From IMG/VR virus record IMGVR_UViG_2519103024_000002: DNA of 43,394 nucleotides. One strand, written 5' to 3'. This stretch comes from a virus (lineage: Duplodnaviria > Heunggongvirae > Uroviricota > Caudoviricetes). The translations under genes and the position numbers were made by a program. Numbering within the stretch: the first letter of the stretch is position 1; each line of letters opens with the position of its first letter. Shown one piece after another: positions 36,651 to 43,394 of this stretch. Below the pieces are notes generated by a model. It was not told where the DNA came from. It saw only the letters and a program-made list of their open reading frames with translations, and did no database searches.

Positions 36651-37232
36651 TTACTTGTTTTTGCCATGCTTATCCTGAGCGATAAGTTCATCCATAAGGC
36701 TGTCTGCCTTCCCGGCAAACCTAATGTAGCACTCATGTCTATAGCTTTCAGGGATAACGAAACGGTCGGTATCAGGATATCCAACAGCAGGAGGCCTTCG
36801 AACGAGGAGTCCTTTTTTGAGCAATGAAATTGATTCATGAGCGCCCTTTTCCGTTTGTAGCTGGTTATTAGCGGCTACAGCGAATGCCAAATACGCTCTT
36901 TCTCCAAGAGTTAACGAATCAAACAAATCTTGCACATATTTTTCTTCTTTAGATTTGCGCTTCTGAGCAGCGAATACCTCAATTCTTTCAGTCACAGCGT
37001 GATAAGCGGAATTAACAACGCCGTTAAGCACATAGCTAACGCAAAACAACAGGATGTAATACATCCAGTAATGAGGAAGGATTTCTGGATTATGCAGGTT
37101 TATCCATTCTTTTACGCTTACCGGCATAACAATAATCAATATGATCAGGATGATTAGCATATGAATCAACTGTTTAAGTGTCATTCCTTGCAGGAAAAAA
37201 TGCATTAGTTCCTGCCACCATGAGTTGTTCAT
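36651..37232 (-). CDS. sieB: superinfection exclusion protein B (SieB-like membrane protein)
   Basis: 193 aa MNNSWWQELMHFFLQGMTLKQLIHMLIILIILIIVMPVSVKEWINLHNPEILPHYWMYYILLFCVSYVLNG... two N-terminal TM helices; opposite strand abutting N, as lambda sieB. Confidence 0.85.
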   Translation of the reverse strand: MNNSWWQELMHFFLQGMTLKQLIHMLIILIILIIVMPVSVKEWINLHNPEILPHYWMYYILLFCVSYVLNGVVNSAYHAVTERIEVFAAQKRKSKEEKYVQDLFDSLTLGERAYLAFAVAANNQLQTEKGAHESISLLKKGLLVRRPPAVGYPDTDRFVIPESYRHECYIRFAGKADSLMDELIAQDKHGKNK

Positions 37233-37375
37233 CGGCGTTTCTCTTTTGCTCTCTGTAGGGGTGAATAGAGTTTATCCGATTTCTCGTTGTAGGGGTACAC
37301 GAGAACCACCGAGCCTGATGTGGTTAAAAGACAGGCACAATCTTTACTACCGCAATCCACTATTTAAGGTGATAT

Positions 37376-37462
37376 ATGGAAGAAGAATTTGAAGAGTTCG
37401 AAGAGCATCCTCAAGATGTGATGGAACAATACCAGGACTATCCGTATGACTACGACTATTGA
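37376..37462 (+). CDS. small acidic ORF (28 aa) upstream of ral
   Basis: ATG at 37376 with AAGGTGA SD; MEEEFEEFEEHPQDVMEQYQDYPYDYDY; below the ORF-track cut-off; overlaps the ral start. Confidence 0.45.
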   Translation: MEEEFEEFEEHPQDVMEQYQDYPYDYDY

Positions 37463-37646
37463 TACAAATCAATGGTGTGGACAATTCAAACGATGCAATG
37501 GATGCAAGCTGCAATCGGAATGCATGGTTAAGCCTGAAGAAATGTTTCCTGTAATGGAAGATGGGAAATATGTCGATAAATGGGCAATACGAACGACGGC
37601 AATGATTGCCAGAGAACTTGGTAAACAGAACAACAAAGCTGCCTGA
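37446..37646 (+). CDS. ral: Ral restriction-alleviation protein
   Basis: 66 aa MTTTIDTNQWCGQFKRCNGCKLQSECMVKPEEMFPVMEDGKYVDKWAIRTTAMIARELGKQNNKAA = lambda Ral. Confidence 0.9.
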   Translation: MTTTIDTNQWCGQFKRCNGCKLQSECMVKPEEMFPVMEDGKYVDKWAIRTTAMIARELGKQNNKAA

Positions 37647-37828
37647 TAGTGGCCTTTATTTTTGGCATAAATAACAGAATAAACACTGCACTGTGTATTC
37701 ATTCCAACGAGTGAATACACGGAGCAATGTCGCTCGTAACTAAACAGGAGCCGACTTGTTCTGATTATTGGAAATCTTCTTTGCCCTCCAGTGTGAGGGC
37801 GATTTTTTATCTATGAGGATATGAATAG

Positions 37829-38197
37829 ATGTCAAACATCAAAAAATACATCATTGATTACGACTGGAAAGCATCAATAGAAATTGAAATTGACCATGAC
37901 GTAATGACAGAGGAAAAACTTCACCAGATTAATAATTTCTGGTCAGACTCTGAATACCGACTCAATAAACACGGCTCTGTATTAAATGCTGTATTAATCA
38001 TGCTGGCGCAACATGCTCTGCTTATAGCAATTTCAAGCGACTTAAATGCATATGGTGTTGTGTGTGAGTTCGACTGGAATGATGGAAATGGTCAGGAAGG
38101 ATGGCCTCCAATGGATGGTAGTGAAGGAATAAGAATTACCGATATCGATACATCAGGAATATTTGATTCAGATGATATGACTATCAAGGCCGCCTGA
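37829..38197 (+). CDS. ea10: Ea10-like early protein
   Basis: 122 aa, between ral and cIII as lambda ea10; name from position and length. Confidence 0.6.
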   Translation: MSNIKKYIIDYDWKASIEIEIDHDVMTEEKLHQINNFWSDSEYRLNKHGSVLNAVLIMLAQHALLIAISSDLNAYGVVCEFDWNDGNGQEGWPPMDGSEGIRITDIDTSGIFDSDDMTIKAA

Positions 38198-38269
38198 GCG
38201 CGGCGTTACCGCATACCAATTACGCTTCACTCGAGGCGTTTTTCGTTATGTATAAATAAGGAGCACACC

Positions 38270-38434
38270 ATGCAATATGCCATTGCAGGGTGGCCTGTTG
38301 CTGGCTGCCCTTCCGAATCTTTACTTGAACGAATCACCCGTAAATTACGTGACGGATGGAAACGCCTTATCGACATACTTAATCAGCCAGGAGTCCCAAA
38401 AAATGGATCAAACAATTATGGCTATCCAGACTAA
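38270..38434 (+). CDS. cIII: CIII (FtsH inhibitor)
   Basis: ATG at 38270 after AAGGAGCACACC; [54 protein letters not shown] = lambda CIII (54 aa); found by manual translation. Confidence 0.9.
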   Translation: MQYAIAGWPVAGCPSESLLERITRKLRDGWKRLIDILNQPGVPKNGSNNYGYPD

Positions 38435-38546
38435 ATTCACTATCGCCACTTTTATTGGCGATGAAAAGATGTTTCGTGAGGCCGTCGACGCTTATAAAAA
38501 ATGGATATTAATACTGAAACTGAGATCAAGCAAAAGCATTCACTAA
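38403..38546 (+). CDS. kil: Kil (host cell-division inhibitor)
   Basis: [47 protein letters not shown] = lambda Kil (47 aa); overlaps cIII 3' end in another frame. Confidence 0.9.
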   Translation: MDQTIMAIQTKFTIATFIGDEKMFREAVDAYKKWILILKLRSSKSIH

Positions 38547-38621
38547 CCCCCTTTCCTGTTTTCCTAATCAGCCTGGCATTTCGCGGGCGATATTTTCACA
38601 GCCATTTTCAGGAGTTCAGCC

Positions 38622-38918
38622 ATGAACGCTTATTACATTCAGGATCGTCTTGAGGCTCAGAGCTGGGCGCGTCACTACCAGCAGATCGCCCGTGAAGAGA
38701 AAGAGGCAGAACTGGCAGACGACATGGAAAAAGGCCTGCCCCAGCACCTGTTTGAATCGCTATGCATCGATCATTTACAACGCCACGGGGCCAGCAAAAA
38801 AGCCATTACCCGTGCGTTTGATGACGATGTTGAGTTTCAGGAGCGCATGGCAGAACACATCCGGTACATAGTTGAAACCATTGCTCACCATCAGGCTGAT
38901 ATTGATTCAGAGGTATAA
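38622..38918 (+). CDS. gam: Gam (RecBCD inhibitor), short 98-aa form
   Basis: [60 protein letters not shown]... = lambda GamS; upstream [11 protein letters not shown]... extension is in a different frame here. Confidence 0.9.
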   Translation: MNAYYIQDRLEAQSWARHYQQIAREEKEAELADDMEKGLPQHLFESLCIDHLQRHGASKKAITRAFDDDVEFQERMAEHIRYIVETIAHHQADIDSEV

Positions 38919-38923
38919 AACGG

Positions 38924-39709
38924 ATGAGTACAGCACTCGCAACGCTGGCAGGGAAGCTGGCTGAACGTGTCGGCATGGATTCTGTCGACCCACAGGAACT
39001 GATCACCACTCTTCGCCAGACGGCATTTAAAGGTGATGCCAGCGATGCGCAGTTCATCGCATTGTTGATCGTCGCCAACCAGTACGGCCTTAATCCGTGG
39101 ACGAAAGAAATTTACGCCTTCCCTGATAAGCAGAACGGCATTGTTCCGGTGGTGGGCGTTGATGGCTGGTCCCGCATCATCAATGAAAACCAGCAGTTTG
39201 ATGGTATGGACTTTGAGCAGGACAATGAATCATGTACATGCCGGATTTACCGCAAAGACCGCAATCATCCGATCTGCGTTACCGAGTGGATGGATGAATG
39301 CCGCCGCGAACCATTCAAAACCCGCGAAGGCAGAGAAATCACGGGGCCGTGGCAGTCGCATCCCAAACGGATGTTACGGCATAAAGCCATGATTCAGTGT
39401 GCCCGTCTGGCCTTCGGATTTGCTGGTATCTATGACAAGGATGAAGCCGAGCGCATTGTCGAAAATACCGCATACACTGCAGAACGTCAGCCGGAACGCG
39501 ACATCACTCCGGTTAACGATGAAACCATGCAGGAGATTAACACTCTGCTGATTGCCCTGGACAAAACATGGGATGACGACTTATTGCCGCTCTGTTCCCA
39601 GATATTTCGCCGCGACATTCGCGCATCGTCAGAACTGACACAGGCCGAAGCAGTGAAAGCTCTTGGATTCCTGAAACAGAAAGCCACTGAGCAGAAGGTG
39701 GCAGCATGA
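38924..39709 (+). CDS. bet: Bet (Red-beta single-strand annealing protein)
   Basis: 261 aa [66 protein letters not shown]... = lambda Bet. Confidence 0.95.
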   Translation: MSTALATLAGKLAERVGMDSVDPQELITTLRQTAFKGDASDAQFIALLIVANQYGLNPWTKEIYAFPDKQNGIVPVVGVDGWSRIINENQQFDGMDFEQDNESCTCRIYRKDRNHPICVTEWMDECRREPFKTREGREITGPWQSHPKRMLRHKAMIQCARLAFGFAGIYDKDEAERIVENTAYTAERQPERDITPVNDETMQEINTLLIALDKTWDDDLLPLCSQIFRRDIRASSELTQAEAVKALGFLKQKATEQKVAA

Positions 39710-40386
39710 CACCGGACATTATCCTGCAGCGTACCGGGATCGACGTGAGAGCTGTCGAACAGGGGGATGATGCATGGCACAAATTACGGCTCGGCGTCAT
39801 CACCGCTTCAGAAGTTCACAACGTGATAGCAAAGCCCCGCTCAGGAAAGAAGTGGCCTGACATGAAAATGTCCTACTTCCACACCCTGCTGGCTGAGGTT
39901 TGCACCGGTGTGGCTCCGGAAGTTAATGCTAAGGCGCTGGCGTGGGGAAAACAGTACGAGAACGACGCCAGAACCCTGTTTGAATTCACTTCCGGCGTGA
40001 ATGTTACTGAATCCCCGATCATCTATCGCGACGAAAGTATGCGCACCGCCTGCTCTCCCGATGGTTTATGCAGTGACGGCAATGGCCTTGAGCTGAAATG
40101 CCCGTTTACCTCCCGGGATTTCATGAAGTTCCGGCTCGGTGGTTTCGAGGCCATAAAGTCGGCTTACATGGCCCAGGTGCAGTACAGCATGTGGGTGACA
40201 CGAAAAGATGCCTGGTACTTTGCCAACTATGACCCACGAATGAAGCGTGAAGGCCTGCATTATGTCGTGGTTGAGCGGGATGAAAAGTACATGGCGAGTT
40301 TTGACGAGATGGTGCCGGAGTTCATCGAAAAAATGGACGAAGCACTGGCTGAAATTGGTTTTGTATTTGGAGAGCAATGGCGATGA
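39706..40386 (+). CDS. exo: Exo (lambda exonuclease, Red-alpha)
   Basis: 226 aa [65 protein letters not shown]... = lambda Exo. Confidence 0.95.
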   Translation: MTPDIILQRTGIDVRAVEQGDDAWHKLRLGVITASEVHNVIAKPRSGKKWPDMKMSYFHTLLAEVCTGVAPEVNAKALAWGKQYENDARTLFEFTSGVNVTESPIIYRDESMRTACSPDGLCSDGNGLELKCPFTSRDFMKFRLGGFEAIKSAYMAQVQYSMWVTRKDAWYFANYDPRMKREGLHYVVVERDEKYMASFDEMVPEFIEKMDEALAEIGFVFGEQWR

Positions 40387-40565
40387 CCCATCCTCACGAT
40401 AATATCCGGGTAGGCGCGATCACTTTCGTCTACTCCGTTACAAAGCGAGGCTGGGTATTTCACGGTCTTTCTGTTATCCGAAATCCGCTGAAAGCCCAGC
40501 GGCTGGCTGAGGAGATAAATAATAAACGGGGGGCGGTATGCACAAAGCATCTCCTGTTGAGTTAA
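40377..40565 (+). CDS. hypothetical early-left protein (lambda orf60a-like by position)
   Basis: 62 aa ORF starting at ATG overlapping the exo 3' end. Confidence 0.5.
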   Translation: MAMTHPHDNIRVGAITFVYSVTKRGWVFHGLSVIRNPLKAQRLAEEINNKRGAVCTKHLLLS

Positions 40566-40729
40566 GAACGAGTATTGATTTGGCACATAGCCTTGCTCAA
40601 ATTGGAGTCAGGTTTGTGCCAATACCAGCAGAAACAGACGAAGAATTTCATACGTTAGCCACATCCCTTTCACAAAAGCTGGAAATGATGGTGGCGAAAG
40701 CAGAAGCAGATGAGAGAGACCAGGTATGA
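40538..40729 (+). CDS. hypothetical early-left protein (lambda orf63-like by position)
   Basis: 63 aa ORF, acidic C-terminus. Confidence 0.5.
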   Translation: MHKASPVELRTSIDLAHSLAQIGVRFVPIPAETDEEFHTLATSLSQKLEMMVAKAEADERDQV

Positions 40730-40809
40730 CAACCACTGAATGCATTTTTCTGGCAGCGGGCTTCATATTCTGTGTGCTTATGCTTGCCGACATGGGGCTT
40801 GTTCAGTGA
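40726..40809 (+). CDS. possible small hydrophobic peptide (27 aa)
   Basis: ATG at 40726 overlapping previous stop; MTTTECIFLAAGFIFCVLMLADMGLVQ, single TM-like segment; very short, speculative. Confidence 0.35.
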   Translation: MTTTECIFLAAGFIFCVLMLADMGLVQ

Positions 40810-41115
40810 CACCTCAGCAAGAAAACGCCCTTCGCAGCATTGCCCGTCAGGCTAATTCTGAAATCAAAAAAGTCAGACAGCAGTTTCCAAAAACGTCAAT
40901 GACATTTGCCGTAGCGTACTGAAGAAGCACCGCGAAACGGTAACGCTGAAGGGATTCACACCGACTCATTTAAGCCTGGCAATCGGCATGTTAAACGGCG
41001 TCTTTAAGGAACGATGAACATGAAAAGCAAAATTATCAGGGAGCTACAGGCTCCTTTTTTATTGTTCGCATTCACCCTCAAGCGTATTAACCAACAGTTC
41101 AGGGATTAATGAAAG

Positions 41116-41337
41116 ATGGCAGACATCATTGATTCAGCATCAGAAATAGAAGAATTACAGCGCAACACAGCAATAAAAATGCGCCGCCTGAACTACCTGG
41201 CTGTATCTGCCACTCATTGTTGTGAGTGTGGCGATCCGATAGATGAACGAAGACGCCTGGCCGTTCAGGGTTGTCGGACTTGCGCCAGTTGCCAGCAAGA
41301 TCTGGAGCTTATCCGCAAACAAAGGGGGATTAAGTGA
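41116..41337 (+). CDS. DksA/TraR-family C4 zinc-finger protein (lambda Orf73-like)
   Basis: 73 aa with CxxC-(17)-CxxC: ...HCCECGDPIDERRRLAVQGCRTCASCQ... Confidence 0.75.
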   Translation: MADIIDSASEIEELQRNTAIKMRRLNYLAVSATHCCECGDPIDERRRLAVQGCRTCASCQQDLELIRKQRGIK

Positions 41338-41663
41338 TGGCTAACCTGCAACTTGCTGTTAAAAGTGAATACTTCGATGCCATGATTCGCGGAGAGAAAA
41401 CGGAAGAGTATCGCTTGTGTAATGACTACTGGAATAAGCGAATTATGTTCCGGGAATATGACCGCCTGATTATCACAAAGGGATATCCGAAGCGCGACGA
41501 TTCCAGTCGCAGAATTGATGTTCCGTATGACGGATATGAAGTGAAGACAATCACACATCCGCACTTTGGCGATAAACCGGTAAAGGTGTTCGCTATAAAG
41601 GTGAATATCAGCACTGAATATCAATCCGCACAACACAAGGTCAAGAATGTTCAGAGTGATTGA
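41334..41663 (+). CDS. hypothetical protein, possibly ASCH-domain-like
   Basis: 109 aa; AMIRGEKTEEYR resembles the ASCH GxKxxExR signature; weak assignment. Confidence 0.4.
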   Translation: MMANLQLAVKSEYFDAMIRGEKTEEYRLCNDYWNKRIMFREYDRLIITKGYPKRDDSSRRIDVPYDGYEVKTITHPHFGDKPVKVFAIKVNISTEYQSAQHKVKNVQSD

Positions 41664-41886
41664 CCCTAACACCTGGTACGTCGACCACCACGGCACTCCC
41701 TGCAAAATCCTGCGTTCTACCCACAACAAAGTTCACTACATCCGAAAAGGCAGAACATGTATCGCCAGCATGTTCCGCTTTAATCATGACTTTGAACCTG
41801 TGAATAAAGCTGATGCAGATCGGATAGCAGAAGAGATCGAAACGGCAGAACACATTAAGAAGTTACGTGACATGCGCAGGAAATAG
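41647..41886 (+). CDS. hypothetical protein
   Basis: 79 aa ORF between the ASCH-like gene and xis; basic C-terminus. Confidence 0.45.
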   Translation: MFRVIDPNTWYVDHHGTPCKILRSTHNKVHYIRKGRTCIASMFRFNHDFEPVNKADADRIAEEIETAEHIKKLRDMRRK

Positions 41887-42025
41887 AAAAATTGATAAAT
41901 TCAATACTGCATTTCTCAGCATTAAATTTATCTCTATGACCAGTCAAGAGATGTACCTGCCATGAGCTTAATATCATGTCAGATATATCGGTCACAAACT
42001 CCCTCAGCAGCTAAGAGGAGGACAA

Positions 42026-42262
42026 ATGTCTCGACTAATCACTTTACAGGACTGGGCTAAAGAAGAATTTGGGGACTTAGCACCAAGTGAGCGAGTTCTG
42101 AAAAAATACGCGCAAGGGAAAATGATGGCCCCACCCGCTATAAAAGTTGGTCGCTACTGGATGATTGACCGAAATTCCCGTTTTGTAGGAACGCTTGCAG
42201 AACCGCAACTCCCAATAAACGCAAACCCAAAACTCCAAAGGATAATCGCTGATGGCTGCTAG
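42026..42262 (+). CDS. xis: excisionase (Xis-like DNA-binding protein)
   Basis: 78 aa, ATG preceded by GAGGAGG; MSRLITLQDWAKEEFGDLAPSERVLKKYAQGKMMAPPAIKVGRYWMIDRNSRFVG...; immediately upstream of and overlapping int. Confidence 0.8.
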   Translation: MSRLITLQDWAKEEFGDLAPSERVLKKYAQGKMMAPPAIKVGRYWMIDRNSRFVGTLAEPQLPINANPKLQRIIADGC

Positions 42263-43394
42263 ACCCCGATCTCACAAAATCTCTATACCCAATTTATATT
42301 GCAAATTAGATAAGCGAACCGGAAAGGTATATTGGCAATACAAACATCCACTATCCGGTCGTTTTCATAGCTTAGGAACTGATGAGAATGAAGCAAAACA
42401 AGTTGCTACTGAAGCAAATACCATTATTGCTGAACAACGTACCAGACAAATATTAAGCGTCAATGAGCGTCTGGAAAGAATGAAAGGCAGGCGCTCAGAC
42501 ATTACGGTGACAGAATGGCTTGATAAATATATTTCTATCCAAGAGGACAGGCTGCAACATAATGAACTAAGACCCAACTCCTATCGGCAAAAAGGCAAAC
42601 CCATTCGTCTTTTCCGTGAGCATTGTGGAATGCAACACCTCAAGGATATTACCGCACTTGATATTGCCGAAATAATTGATGCTGTAAAGGCTGAAGGTCA
42701 TAACAGGATGGCGCAAGTCGTGAGAATGGTGTTGATCGACGTCTTCAAAGAAGCACAACACGCAGGACATGTTCCGCCAGGATTTAACCCAGCGCAGGCA
42801 ACAAAACAACCACGAAATCGAGTAAACCGCCAAAGATTGTCACTGCCCGAATGGCAGGCAATATTTGACAGCGTAAGCAGACGGCAGCCCTATTTAAAAT
42901 GCGGCATGCTACTTGCTCTTGTTACTGGACAACGTTTAGGCGATATCTGCAATTTGAAATTCTCTGATATATGGGACGACATGTTGCACATTACTCAGGA
43001 AAAAACCGGTTCAAAACTTGCTATTCCGCTTAACCTGAAATGCGATGCTCTGAATATTACCCTTCGTGAAGTTATATCTCAGTGCAGGGATGCTGTTGTT
43101 AGTAAATATCTGGTCCATTACCGTCACACTACCTCTCAAGCAAACAGAGGAGACCAGGTTTCTGCGAATACTCTGACAACGGCTTTTAAAAAGGCCCGGG
43201 AAAAATGTGGCATAAAATGGGAGCAAGGAACTGCGCCCACATTTCATGAGCAGCGATCTCTGTCAGAACGGTTATATCGGGAACAGGGTCTGGATACGCA
43301 AAAGTTGTTAGGCCATAAATCCAGAAAAATGACCGACCGATACAATGATGATCGTGGTAAAGACTGGATTATCGTAGATATCAAAACAGCATAG
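42252..43394 (+). CDS. int: tyrosine integrase (lambda Int family)
   Basis: 380 aa; N-terminus MAARPRSHKISIPNLYCK... (arm-binding domain like lambda Int), catalytic region ...LALVTGQRLGDICNLKFSDIWDD...HEQRSLSERLY...LLGHKSRKMTDRY (R..H..R..Y pattern); stop codon is the last 3 nt of the window. Confidence 0.9.
   Translation: MAARPRSHKISIPNLYCKLDKRTGKVYWQYKHPLSGRFHSLGTDENEAKQVATEANTIIAEQRTRQILSVNERLERMKGRRSDITVTEWLDKYISIQEDRLQHNELRPNSYRQKGKPIRLFREHCGMQHLKDITALDIAEIIDAVKAEGHNRMAQVVRMVLIDVFKEAQHAGHVPPGFNPAQATKQPRNRVNRQRLSLPEWQAIFDSVSRRQPYLKCGMLLALVTGQRLGDICNLKFSDIWDDMLHITQEKTGSKLAIPLNLKCDALNITLREVISQCRDAVVSKYLVHYRHTTSQANRGDQVSANTLTTAFKKAREKCGIKWEQGTAPTFHEQRSLSERLYREQGLDTQKLLGHKSRKMTDRYNDDRGKDWIIVDIKTA

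Noticed and set aside
1-43394. tRNA or rRNA genes, CRISPR arrays
   Set aside because: No cloverleaf-like or rRNA-like structured regions and no repeat-spacer arrays were noticed by eye; the window is densely protein-coding prophage DNA. A tRNA at the integration site would lie beyond the int end, outside the window.

Overview
The whole 43.4 kb window is one nearly complete lambda-like (lambdoid) prophage of an enterobacterial (E. coli/Shigella-type) genome, laid out right to left in the classic lambda order. All family assignments are from reading the supplied translations against remembered lambda / E. coli K-12 prophage proteins; no database search was run. From the right end: int and xis, the early-left recombination genes (exo, bet, gam, kil, cIII, ea10, ral, sieB, N), the immunity region (cI, cro, cII-like), replication (O with ori iterons, P, ren), a nin region (ninB, adenine methyltransferase, ninE, rusA, ylcG), antiterminator Q, a porin gene on the opposite strand, a phage-21-type lysis cassette (pinholin S, SAR endolysin R, Rz with embedded Rz1), bor, an IS2 insertion with 5 bp target duplication, a cargo cluster, cos, then the lambda head genes (Nu1, A, B, C, D, E, FI, FII) and tail genes (Z, U, V, G/G-T, H, M, L, K, I, J, stf) plus two small non-lambda genes at the left end. 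The prophage is strongly mosaic. Six N-runs are scaffold joins of arbitrary length; one (inside J) has duplicated flanks, and sequence near several joins carries reading-frame breaks. The main hunt result is a co-oriented, translationally coupled, AT-rich two-gene operon (34619-35925) sitting exactly where lambda carries the rexAB exclusion system, with products I cannot assign to any family I know; sieB lies next to it. A second unassigned cargo cluster (secreted Cys-rich peptide, small ORF, TonB-C-like lipoprotein) sits between cos and the IS2/bor region.
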